The position numbers and the translations under genes are program-made. Below the pieces are notes generated by a model. It had not been told where the DNA came from. It did not search any database and saw only the letters and a program-made list of their open reading frames with translations. From Pseudomonadota bacterium (GTDB taxonomy: Bacteria; Bdellovibrionota_C; UBA2361; OMII01), in assembly GCA_038134595.1 (NCBI GenBank), contig JAYPVM010000008.1:32001-96000 (forward strand): a stretch of DNA of 64,000 bases. Direction: 5' to 3'. Of the stretch, positions 9,534-18,788 are shown one piece after another (positions within the stretch are counted from its first letter, which is position 1; every line of letters starts with the position of its first letter).

Positions 9534-10679
9534 TCATCGAGCGAGCTCTTTACTGACGATATTTGCCATTATCTCACTTGTGCCGCCTCCAATTGGCATG
9601 AGTCGCAAGTCGCGCCACCAGCGTTCTGGCAGAAACTCAGTGGTGTAGCCGTAGCCACCATGAATTTGGATAGCTCTGTCAGCTATCCATACGGCATCAT
9701 CACACACCATACGCTTTGCCATGGCGACAAATGTTCTACAGTCTTTACCATCCGAGAGAAGATCGAGGGCGTAATGTGCAAGTGACTCTCCAAGTGCAAT
9801 TTTACGCTTCATTTCCGCTATATAGTGCGCAATTGAATCAAATTGGTTGATCTTTTTGCCGAACGCTTCCCGTTGCTCTCCGTAGACAAGGGAGCTTTCT
9901 AGGCACATCTTAGCCCCTGCAAGTGACGTCAGTGTCAACATAAGCCGCTCCCAATTTAAATTAGTAGCAGCTTGATTCCAGCCGTCGCCTACCTTGCCGA
10001 GCACGGCACTATCATCTACTTCAACATCTTCAAAAACAAGTTCTGCTGTATCTGAGGCATGCCATCCGAGCTTGTCGAGTTTGCGAGATACTGAAAACCC
10101 CGGAGTATTTGCGTCAACGACAAAGGTAGTAAAGCCACCATACCCTGCGCTTGAATCTGTTTTGGTAAGCACGAGGATAAAATCCGCCCGTGCTCCGTTG
10201 GTGATAAATGTTTTTGATCCGTTGATCTTCCATTTCGTACCATGCTTCGTTGCAACTGTTCTAATACGAGCGAGATCGCTTCCAGCACCTGGTTCTGTAA
10301 AGGCATAGGCTCCGATGGCTTTTCCTTGAACTGCTTTCGGTAGCCAGTAGTCTTTTGCGTCGGTGGTGCCGAATTTCTCCAAGGCATGACTGATAACTAA
10401 AGAGTGCATATTAACAGCAACAGTGAAGCCGACTGAGGGTATCTCTCCGAAGGCCTCGCACCAAGCACCAGCTAATTTGTAATCGCCACCCACGCCACCA
10501 TACTGCTCTGATAGCAGGATTCCCAAAAAGCCTTGGCTCCCAAGCCCCTCGATTGCGCTGTCTGGGAAATTTCCCGCACGTTCCCATTCCGATATATGAG
10601 GCATAATTTCTTTTGCCGTATATTTACGAACCGAGTCGATGAAAGACTCATCCTCTGCGTAGTATGTGGGGCTGGTCAT
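9534..10679 (-). CDS. Acyl-CoA dehydrogenase
   Basis: AFTEPGAGSD, NGSKTFITNG, R.AFGKKI, IQIHGGYGY, IGGGTSEIM. Its ATG directly follows the stop of the upstream oxidoreductase. Confidence 0.95.
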   Translation of the reverse strand: MTSPTYYAEDESFIDSVRKYTAKEIMPHISEWERAGNFPDSAIEGLGSQGFLGILLSEQYGGVGGDYKLAGAWCEAFGEIPSVGFTVAVNMHSLVISHALEKFGTTDAKDYWLPKAVQGKAIGAYAFTEPGAGSDLARIRTVATKHGTKWKINGSKTFITNGARADFILVLTKTDSSAGYGGFTTFVVDANTPGFSVSRKLDKLGWHASDTAELVFEDVEVDDSAVLGKVGDGWNQAATNLNWERLMLTLTSLAGAKMCLESSLVYGEQREAFGKKINQFDSIAHYIAEMKRKIALGESLAHYALDLLSDGKDCRTFVAMAKRMVCDDAVWIADRAIQIHGGYGYTTEFLPERWWRDLRLMPIGGGTSEIMANIVSKELAR

Positions 10680-12863
10680 CTAAAGCCTCTCAGCTATAAT
10701 TTCCGCTATATCACGAACGTCTAGTTTCTCTTCGTTATTAGTTAGTTTAACTCCATCTTCCATCATATGCATGCAAAATGGGCATGCCGTGGCTACGGTT
10801 GAAGCGCCGGTCTCGGCGGCCTCTTGGGCTCTGATTGAGTTAACTCGTTCTCCTATCTTAAGATCCATCCAAAAATGACCGCCGCCAGCGCCACAGCATA
10901 AGCCCTTTTCTTTATTACGATCCATCTCGAGTATACGAAGACCCTTTATCGCCCGGAGTCCAGAGCGGGGAGCATCGTATTCGTCGTTGTATCGACCGAG
11001 GTAGCACGGGTCGTGAAATGTGACATCCTGAAATCCACCATCCTTTGGTGAGATTTTTTCCTCATCAAGGAGCCGTTTTAAGAGTACGGAGTGGTGAATA
11101 ATCTCAGGTTCGCGACCTTCCCCGAGGTTGCCGAACTGAGGGTATTCGTTTTTGATCGTGTTAAAACAGTGTGGGCAATTTGCCACGAGTGTCTTGAACG
11201 AGACCGATTTTAAGAGTTCTATGTTTTGTTTTGCTAATGTTTGAAAGAGGTTTTCTTCGCCCAACCGACGAGCAGGATCTCCTGAACAACCTTCTACTGA
11301 ACCAAGTACACCAAACTTCAATCCTGCTTTTTGCATTATAGAGACGAGTGCCTTGGCGATCTTTTGTTTCCGAGGATCGAATGCAGAGACGCAACCCACC
11401 CAATATAGGTAGTCAACCGAATCGCCGGCTTCTAGCATTGGAACATCCAGGCCCTCTAACCAACGCACCCGTTCCTCGGGAGGAGCGTATGGGTTGCCAC
11501 GGCTCTCAAGTGAACGGAGCGTGGCCTGTGCCTCGTGGGGAATTTGTCCTTCCATCATCGTTAGGTGACGCCGAGCTCCAACGATCTGATCAACATGGTT
11601 AATTCCTACTGGACACGCCTGAACACACGCCATACAGGTATTACACGTCCAGAAAACGTTTGGATCCATTACATCGCCAGCAATCGTCGCCTCGGAGCTT
11701 TTACCGAGTGTTCGAACGGAATCCTGCACCAATTTGTTTTGGGCGCGGTGAGGGTCGTCTGCCTTATAGCCGGCATCTTCTTTTCGCAGGCCGTTAAAGG
11801 GTAACATTATTTCTTGAGAGAGGAGGGCGTCTATTTTTTGTGCTGGAGTTTGGGGTGCATACTCCGCCTGCTTGTTAACGTGTAGGGCATGCATGTGATT
11901 TCGTGTGTCTAGGATCATCCACTTCGGAGAGAGTGGTTTCCCCGAGATGTAAGCTGGACATACTTCTTGGCATCTCCCACATTGCGTGCAGGCATCAAGG
12001 TCGAGCAGTTGTTTCCACGAATAGTCTTTGATCGTGCCAAGTCCCAGTGAGAACTCCTCTCCTGATTCCATAAGTTGTTCAATATCGCCTATGAAGGGCA
12101 GGGCGCCTTTCGGACGGGCCGTCCGGGAGAAAAATAGGTTTAACGGGCTAGCCAGTATGTGAAAGAATTTTGTATAGGGAAAGAGTGCCACAAAAGCGTA
12201 TACGGTTAAGGTGTGGAACCACCACGTGTAAAAATGTAGAGTTTTTGTAGTCTGCTCACTTAGAAACCATGAGCCTTGTGCCACAAGCCAGCCAACGGGA
12301 GAATAGAGTGCCCATGGATCGTCGGTTGCGTGTATTCGAAATCCCTCGAGTAAATATCCTTGTACGACAAGGAGCCCGAGCATGATGAGAATGAAATCCT
12401 CATTGCGTGATAAGTGTGCCGCATCTGCCTGTAGGACGTGTCTTCGGTAGCCGAAAAACAGGATGCCACCAAGAAGTAAAACACCAAAGATGTCGCTAAA
12501 AACAGTCACCCAGAGGTAAAATTGTCCCTGATAAATCTTAATTCCCAGGTCGTGATGAATGAAGACCATTGTCGTGGTAAACAGTAAAACGAGAAATCCT
12601 AGATACACCAATATGTGTGCTGCCGCGGATCCACTCTTGCCTCGAGCTACTTTCTTTTGGAAGAGTCCGCATTGAATAAGATCATCGAGGCGCATGAGCC
12701 AGTGACCGAGATATTCATCGGCGTTCGCACCGCTTTTCCACAATTTACACCGCTGTAGGACACCGTTAAAACCAATCGCTATGCTAACGAATAAGAGACC
12801 ATAAAGTCCTATAACGTTAGGAAGCGTGTTGAGATTCCACATTATTTCTCGAGTTGCATTCAT
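10680..12863 (-). CDS. Membrane-bound Fe-S oxidoreductase, FadF/ETF:quinone oxidoreductase-like (NarI-like membrane domain + 2x[4Fe-4S] + two CCG domains)
   Basis: Hydrophobic N-terminal third with WWFH and PYTKFFH. Clusters CTQCGRCQEVCP and CNTCMACVQACP. CCG-type motifs HDPCYLGR, CCGAGGG, TACPFC. Confidence 0.9.
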   Translation of the reverse strand: MNATREIMWNLNTLPNVIGLYGLLFVSIAIGFNGVLQRCKLWKSGANADEYLGHWLMRLDDLIQCGLFQKKVARGKSGSAAAHILVYLGFLVLLFTTTMVFIHHDLGIKIYQGQFYLWVTVFSDIFGVLLLGGILFFGYRRHVLQADAAHLSRNEDFILIMLGLLVVQGYLLEGFRIHATDDPWALYSPVGWLVAQGSWFLSEQTTKTLHFYTWWFHTLTVYAFVALFPYTKFFHILASPLNLFFSRTARPKGALPFIGDIEQLMESGEEFSLGLGTIKDYSWKQLLDLDACTQCGRCQEVCPAYISGKPLSPKWMILDTRNHMHALHVNKQAEYAPQTPAQKIDALLSQEIMLPFNGLRKEDAGYKADDPHRAQNKLVQDSVRTLGKSSEATIAGDVMDPNVFWTCNTCMACVQACPVGINHVDQIVGARRHLTMMEGQIPHEAQATLRSLESRGNPYAPPEERVRWLEGLDVPMLEAGDSVDYLYWVGCVSAFDPRKQKIAKALVSIMQKAGLKFGVLGSVEGCSGDPARRLGEENLFQTLAKQNIELLKSVSFKTLVANCPHCFNTIKNEYPQFGNLGEGREPEIIHHSVLLKRLLDEEKISPKDGGFQDVTFHDPCYLGRYNDEYDAPRSGLRAIKGLRILEMDRNKEKGLCCGAGGGHFWMDLKIGERVNSIRAQEAAETGASTVATACPFCMHMMEDGVKLTNNEEKLDVRDIAEIIAERL

Positions 12864-13370
12864 ACTTTTAAGAATATCGGGTAGGCGGTGTCTTCACTAG
12901 TGTAATTTATCAAGGAAAAACAGTAGTTTATTTCCCTTTTTAGTCCGGCGTTTGATCCAAGTGTTTGTTACCTAAGTACGATGCGTAGGTCGTCATAATT
13001 GTTTACATTTTTTCTGGTTTGACGAGTATGTCCCAAATTCTAGTGTCCGATTAGTTTTGTCTTAGAACTTAAAGGAGCTGGCTGGCTATATGCCTAATTT
13101 TAAATGATTTTTGAAAGATTGATTGACATCGTTGTCGTCTCGACTGCACACTGGTAGATATGACTACTCTTTGTGATGGGTCGCATTGTAAGGTGGTGTT
13201 ATCTAACTGTTGCCACCCTGACCCTCTCCTTATCGAAAAAGCTCTTGGACAACGACGGAAACCTTTATCAGTCGTCTGGAATGATTCGCTTCTGCATCTT
13301 GGAAGCATCATACTATTGTGCCTAGCTTTCGTATCAACAAGTATGAGTGCCTTTTTGTTAGTACTAATTC

Positions 13371-14744
13371 ATGGAACCTGACCCTGCGACGTCTTTAATC
13401 CCGTTTCTTGTAAGTGTTGTTTTTGTTGCCGCATCACTTATTTTTTATGTCTTTTTTATCTCTTCGTCGATAGCACTTGCACGATGTCGTGGGAGTGTGT
13501 TGAGAGAGCTCAGAGAAGAAGAGTGGTGGGGGAGCAAGTCAGCTGAATTCGTCTTAGCGCAGGCGGATACGTTTTTATTGTGTGTTCAATTCGGACGAGT
13601 ACTTGCTTCGCTAGGAGTGGGTATCTTACTTGCCGTGTGTAGCTATTACGGAGCACGTGCGGTAGCGGATGCTTCAGTACATCTTTCTTTTGCTGTCTGG
13701 ATGGGTCTAGTGATTACTTTTTACGCGGGGTGTGCACTCTTTCTGCTCGTGTTGGTTCAGATTGTTAAAAACATCACCCTCCAATATCCTGAGAAAGTGT
13801 TGTGCACGACTGCTGGGCCATTAAAGCTCTACGGAAAGCTTTTTGCTCCGATACTCATCTATCCTCATCGGTGTGTGCTTCGAATTTTAGAGCGCTGGGG
13901 AGTGCGGTTGACCAACGAACGAGAGCTGACGATATCGGCTGCAGAGCTGGGTAAAATTGCAAAGAGTAGCTCTGAAGCAGGAACACTCGAAAGCGAAGAG
14001 AGTCATATTTTAGAGGGTGTTGCGGAGCTATCTGAGCGGACAGCTCGTGATGTTATGACTACCAGAAGCAACATCATATGGGTTCGAGAGTCAGCTAGTT
14101 CTGCGGAGGTTGTGGCGGTGGCTAATAAGGAGTCGGTGTCTCGTCTCTTGGTTTGTGGCAGTGAGCTCGATGATGTGCGAGGTATGTTGCTGATCAAGGA
14201 TTTACTCAACTTTGCAGGGCAACCATTTCAACCCGGTTCATGGCGACGGTTCATACGTCCTGTATACAGAATACCAGATACAAAGATCGTTAAGGATCTC
14301 CTAGTAGAGCTTCGACAGAAAAGAGTACACTTTTCTGTTGTCCTCAATGAGCACGGAGAGGTTGTAGGACTGGTTACGCTTGAGGATCTTGTAGAGGAGA
14401 TCGTAGGAGAGATTTTTGACGAGTTTGATAATCCGAGTCTGGAAAATCCTCCTGTCGCTGTTGAGAACGGAGTTCTTTATCTTGATGCGGCCGTAACAAT
14501 AGAGGTCCTGGAGGAGGAGTATGGACTGTCTTTTCCGGATGGAAACTTTCATTCAGCGGGAGGTTTTGTGCATGAGAGCCTCGGACGCATCCCTGTCTTA
14601 GGAGATTCGTTTAGTGCTTCTGATATGACCTTTGTCGTACTTGAGGTGCATCGCCACCGGATCGTTCGTCTCTCTATCGCTCCTCGTGCATCTCGGGAAG
14701 ATATCGAGGAAACCAAGGCAGTTGGCGGATATATGAAGAGCTAA
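13371..14744 (+). CDS. HlyC/CorC (CNNM/DUF21-CBS-CorC) family transporter
   Basis: N-terminal TM helices, CBS pair (ARDVMT, SRLLV, VLNEHGEVVGLVTLEDLVEEIVGEIFDEFD), C-terminal CorC domain. Confidence 0.92.
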   Translation: MEPDPATSLIPFLVSVVFVAASLIFYVFFISSSIALARCRGSVLRELREEEWWGSKSAEFVLAQADTFLLCVQFGRVLASLGVGILLAVCSYYGARAVADASVHLSFAVWMGLVITFYAGCALFLLVLVQIVKNITLQYPEKVLCTTAGPLKLYGKLFAPILIYPHRCVLRILERWGVRLTNERELTISAAELGKIAKSSSEAGTLESEESHILEGVAELSERTARDVMTTRSNIIWVRESASSAEVVAVANKESVSRLLVCGSELDDVRGMLLIKDLLNFAGQPFQPGSWRRFIRPVYRIPDTKIVKDLLVELRQKRVHFSVVLNEHGEVVGLVTLEDLVEEIVGEIFDEFDNPSLENPPVAVENGVLYLDAAVTIEVLEEEYGLSFPDGNFHSAGGFVHESLGRIPVLGDSFSASDMTFVVLEVHRHRIVRLSIAPRASREDIEETKAVGGYMKS

Positions 14745-15040
14745 GTGACTGTAAGATTTCGTAGGTTTTCGTCCCATAAAGTCTGTCGGTTGAATCGGTT
14801 GGCAGATTCTTCGCATCATAAGTCTTATAGAGCCCCCCAAACTGTCGACACCAGTTTGTAGGTGAGGTCTCAATCAACGAGCGTTTCATAAATATTGGTA
14901 TTTGCAAGTCGGCTAAAAGCGACTGGATTTGTTTCGGGAGTAGTCGCCCCAAAGGGTTTGAGGATAGAGAGCCCTGTAGCATGATCAGCTTTTGCTCTAT
15001 GAGGAAGCGTCCAAGGACAAGATACGAGAGGAGATTCCAT

Positions 15041-15796
15041 ATGGCCAAACAAGCCTCCCAGAAAACTAAGAAAGGGGAAAAAACGCTCACAGCACGAATT
15101 GAGAAAACAACATCATCCAAAGCAAATAATTATGTTCTTGATCTGAAGGTAAACAGCCCAGCTTCACTTGATTACTTAAGTATCGACGGACTTGAATCTG
15201 CACCTGCTATGGTACGCTTGTCTAAGGTTAAGGGGCTCGATGTAATAGCAATAACCGACCTCTACAGTGGTGACTTCGTTGACCCACTCGTATCCGCTGC
15301 AAAGGGGAGTCGTTTAACGGTTATTCCTGGAGTCAGTGTCCGTTGTTCGGTTGGGTCGTGTACAGATGTTATTTTGTCGTGCCTGTTTCCGGAAACTACA
15401 ACCAGTGACCAGATTAGAGAGTTTTTGAATGAGCTAGATATCCCAACAGACGCTGCGCAAAGCCCTTCATATATTGTATCTCATCCACTTGATTCCATCC
15501 TGCATGTCCTTGACTCAAAGCAGGGGGTTGCTATCCCAACCCGTGTTGATAAAACTCCCCACCGATTAAGCGCCCTTGGCGATCTAGTTGAAACGTATGG
15601 TTTCCGAGCATTTGATCTTGCCTATGCCGATACGGCACGTATGTTTAAACAGCGCTGGCCAAAGCTAAAGTTTAGTTTGTTTTCGTTTTCTGATGCATAT
15701 GGATTGGCTCAGATAGGTAGCCGTTCCGCTCGTGTGAAAATGGCGGCCCCCGGTTTCGATGGAGTCAGAGAGATAGTTGCTAGACAATCTCTTTAG
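15041..15796 (+). CDS. PHP-domain protein with degenerate metal-binding motifs
   Basis: ATG 15041 follows SD GAGGAG. PHP pattern DLxVxS, GLDVIAITD, VIPGV, GVAIP, SDA..L.QIG is recognisable but the His/Glu ligands are substituted. Confidence 0.8.
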   Translation: MAKQASQKTKKGEKTLTARIEKTTSSKANNYVLDLKVNSPASLDYLSIDGLESAPAMVRLSKVKGLDVIAITDLYSGDFVDPLVSAAKGSRLTVIPGVSVRCSVGSCTDVILSCLFPETTTSDQIREFLNELDIPTDAAQSPSYIVSHPLDSILHVLDSKQGVAIPTRVDKTPHRLSALGDLVETYGFRAFDLAYADTARMFKQRWPKLKFSLFSFSDAYGLAQIGSRSARVKMAAPGFDGVREIVARQSL

Positions 15797-17138
15797 GTTG
15801 CACAGATACCCTTCGATAGAGAAGGGTATCGATTATCTTTGCCCCTACAAGGTCTCCCCATACGTTAACAGTTGTGCGCATCATATCCATAATTCGATCG
15901 ATTCCGAGGATAAGTGCGGCAGCGGAAAGCGGAAGCGCAGCATCACCTTGAAGGCCGAGAGATTGATTGACCGCTTCGATGACAATTGCCATCGTCACTA
16001 GTCCGGCTGAGGGAATACCGGCCGCTCCGACAGCGGCAAGGGTAGCGGTAATGACAATTATCGCAAGTTGAAGGGTATGAAGCTCAATCCCGTAACATTG
16101 AAATAAAAATATCACCGCAACTGCTTCATAGAGTGCTGTGCCATCCATGTTGATTGTTGCTCCCAACGGTAGGATAAATCGAGCCACATATGAGGAAACA
16201 CCTCCCTTGTCTTCTGCCGTCCGAATGGAGACCGGTAACGTTGCTGAAGAGGAATCGGTTGTAAATGCGGTAAGAAGAGCGTTTCGCATCTTTGCCAAGA
16301 AGGCAAATGGATTTGTTTGTGTCGCTAAGAAGTATAATAGTGGAAGAAGCAGTAGTCCGTGAATGCCAAGGCCTAACGTTACCGTCATTACGTACTTACT
16401 TAAGGGCCCAAGCAGAGATGCTAATCCGATACGAGCTACTGTCCACGTTACAAGAAAGAATATGCCGACGGGAGCGAGATGGAGGATCCAAGAGATTACA
16501 AGCATGGAGATAGCAAACAATGATTCGAATAGGTTTCGGACTGAGCGTCCCGAATCGCCGAGGACAAGAAGCGCTGTGCCCAGCAGTATGCTGACCGATA
16601 TTACTGAGAGTAGGTCTCCTTCGGTGGCAGCTTTGAGAGGGTTTGCCGGAATAAGGTGGCTTGAGATGTTTTGCAACGCCATCCACAGTCCACCAGTAGC
16701 GTGTTCGCCCGCTGACTGTATGTGGCTGGATACGGACGAAGAGCCTGCTGTGTCTCCGATACCGACCCCAGGAGCAATTGTCACTACGAGCAGAACGCCA
16801 ACTGTCGCAGCCATGAGCATCGTAGAGATGTAGAACACTGAGGCAAGGATGCCGATTTTCCCTAGTTCTGAGGGAGAGCCAATTGAGCAAATTCCAACGA
16901 CAACCGACGACGCAACGAGGGGAACGAGAATCATCTTCAATAGATTGATGAAAAGTGTATTCCCGATAAATTCGCACGTGCTCGTAATTTCACTCGGAAC
17001 CACTCCCTGAAAGTATCTAAAGAGAGCTTCGCCGCAGATCAGGCCAGTGATAAGACCTAGGATTATTGCCCACGAGAGGAACGGTGAGCTTGAAAAATGG
17101 GAAGAGGGGCAAGTAGAGTCGTGGTGTGGTGTCGTCAT
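15780..17138 (-). CDS. Dicarboxylate/amino acid:cation symporter (DAACS, GltP family)
   Basis: FINLLKMILVPLV, AFTTDSSSATLP, LPLGATINMDGTALY, GAAGIPSAG, DRIMDMMRTTVNVWGD. Confidence 0.96.
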   Translation of the reverse strand: MTTPHHDSTCPSSHFSSSPFLSWAIILGLITGLICGEALFRYFQGVVPSEITSTCEFIGNTLFINLLKMILVPLVASSVVVGICSIGSPSELGKIGILASVFYISTMLMAATVGVLLVVTIAPGVGIGDTAGSSSVSSHIQSAGEHATGGLWMALQNISSHLIPANPLKAATEGDLLSVISVSILLGTALLVLGDSGRSVRNLFESLFAISMLVISWILHLAPVGIFFLVTWTVARIGLASLLGPLSKYVMTVTLGLGIHGLLLLPLLYFLATQTNPFAFLAKMRNALLTAFTTDSSSATLPVSIRTAEDKGGVSSYVARFILPLGATINMDGTALYEAVAVIFLFQCYGIELHTLQLAIIVITATLAAVGAAGIPSAGLVTMAIVIEAVNQSLGLQGDAALPLSAAALILGIDRIMDMMRTTVNVWGDLVGAKIIDTLLYRRVSVQPKEIV

Positions 17139-17291
17139 GAGGAAACTCTAGCAATGACGTATCATGGGCGCAAAGGAAAGATTGTAAAGCATCTAGAGAT
17201 CTTCCAAAAAGCTATTAATCCCGTGTTATTATCGATAGTGTATGGGGCTTGTCTTGCGGTGATTATGGAAGTAATACAGAATGAGGGCGCT

Positions 17292-17753
17292 ATGAATTAT
17301 TGGTTAGTAAAAACTGAGCCTGATGTGTACTCTATCGAGGATCTGAGGCGCGATAAATTTACGGCATGGACAGGTGTTCGAAACTATCAGGCCAGAAATT
17401 TCCTCACTGCGATGAAGGTAGGCGATAAGGTTCTGATTTATCATTCCAATGCCAAGCCTCCCGGAGTCGTTGGTGTTGGTGTTATTAAATCCAAAGCGGT
17501 ACCGGACGAGACTCAATTTGAGGAGAAGGGAGAGTACTACGATCCGAAGGCTACTCGAGAGAAACCGAGATGGTTTTGTCCGGATATCCGTTTTGTGCAA
17601 GCGTTTAGGACGATGGTCTCACTTGATGAACTTCGGGAGGATCGTTCGTTAAAAGATCTGTTGCTTTTACAACGGGGATCTCGACTCAGTGTTATTCCAG
17701 TAGAAGAGAAACATTTTACCACTATACTTTCGTTAGCAGAAGCCAGCTGCTAG
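17292..17753 (+). CDS. EVE domain-containing protein
   Basis: YWLVKTEP..YSIEDL, WTGVRNYQARNF, YHSN, YYDPK, RLSVIPV. Start placed at ATG 17292 after GAGGG. Confidence 0.95.
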   Translation: MNYWLVKTEPDVYSIEDLRRDKFTAWTGVRNYQARNFLTAMKVGDKVLIYHSNAKPPGVVGVGVIKSKAVPDETQFEEKGEYYDPKATREKPRWFCPDIRFVQAFRTMVSLDELREDRSLKDLLLLQRGSRLSVIPVEEKHFTTILSLAEASC

Positions 17754-17786
17754 CACGCGAGTTTTATAAAGAGGTTAAGAAGATTT

Positions 17787-18566
17787 GTGATTGAGAGGAT
17801 ACATTTAAAGACACCCGAAGAGTTAGAGTTAATGCGCGGGGCATGTGCAGTCACAACCACTATCCTTGATGAGGTCGGTGATATTATTCGACCGGGAATA
17901 AGCACCGAGCAGATTAATACATTCGTACACCAACGCACGACAGAGCTAGGGGCGACCCCCTCGCCGTTAAACTATCGAGGATTTCCGAAGTCGGTGTGTG
18001 TTTCTCCCAACGATGTTATCTGTCACGGTATTCCAGCGCCGTTTGTAATTCTTCAAGCGGGAGACATCGTCAACGTTGATGTGACCTCTTACAAAAACGG
18101 TTTCCATGGAGATTCTAGCCGAATGTTTTTTGTCGGTGGAAGAGACGCGTGCTCTGATGAGTCGCAAAGACTAGTTGATGCAGCGCGAGAATCTCTCTAT
18201 GTGGGTATTAAGGCTGTGGCCCCAGGCAACCGAATAGGAGATATCGGCGCGGCAATTCAAGCGTTTATTCAGTCGAATCATCCTGAGTATGGAATTGTGA
18301 GAGAGTACACAGGACACGGCCTAGGGCGCCAATTCCACGAGGCTCCTCAAGTGGTACACGTTGCCAGAAAGGGAACTGGACCGGTTATGAAACCAGGGAT
18401 GACTTTTACAATTGAGCCAATGATTAATGCAGGCTCGTACAAGACGGTGCTTTCGCAGGTCGATGGATGGACAGTCCGTACTGCTGATGGCTCGCTGTCA
18501 GCTCAGTGGGAGCACACCCTAGTGGTCACTGAAGATGGTTGTGAGATTCTTACAGAAAGTAAGTAA
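17787..18566 (+). CDS. map: Type I methionine aminopeptidase
   Basis: FPKSVCVSPNDVICHGIP, GDIVNVDV, HGDSS, GHGLG..FHE, FTIEPMIN, SAQWEHT. Confidence 0.97.
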   Translation: MIERIHLKTPEELELMRGACAVTTTILDEVGDIIRPGISTEQINTFVHQRTTELGATPSPLNYRGFPKSVCVSPNDVICHGIPAPFVILQAGDIVNVDVTSYKNGFHGDSSRMFFVGGRDACSDESQRLVDAARESLYVGIKAVAPGNRIGDIGAAIQAFIQSNHPEYGIVREYTGHGLGRQFHEAPQVVHVARKGTGPVMKPGMTFTIEPMINAGSYKTVLSQVDGWTVRTADGSLSAQWEHTLVVTEDGCEILTESK

Positions 18567-18788
18567 TACATCTCTGGTAGAAAAACCTGTGTGGTGATCC
18601 CGTGTCTACTCTGTTTTTGGAGCTCATTCGGGGGCGGATTCTTACGCCTCATTCTCTTAGTTTCGGCTCAATAAAAAAGAGCCGAGTTGTTGTGATACGG
18701 TGGTGCGTGCAGCGTTGTTCCATCCTGACACGAACTACATCTCTTTTTGTGGAGAGCTCCGCCTGCCTGAGGCTACAAGAGAGGATCT

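Noticed and set aside
12864..13370. Metal-sensing riboswitch ahead of the CorC-family gene
   Set aside because: Only short stems (GGGTC/GACCC, GGTGGT/GCCACC) and no M-box, yybP-ykoY or fluoride consensus. The short ORFs here look spurious.
16363..16977. Long alternative-frame ORFs over real genes (for example 16363-16833, 16396-16977, also 19777-20280 and 39307-39837)
   Set aside because: They lie wholly within well-supported genes and carry no motifs; treated as shadow ORFs.
18662..18686. Terminator hairpin TCGGCTC-N9-GAGCCGA between map and degP
   Set aside because: The stem is real but there is no proper U-tract on either strand, so it is not called.
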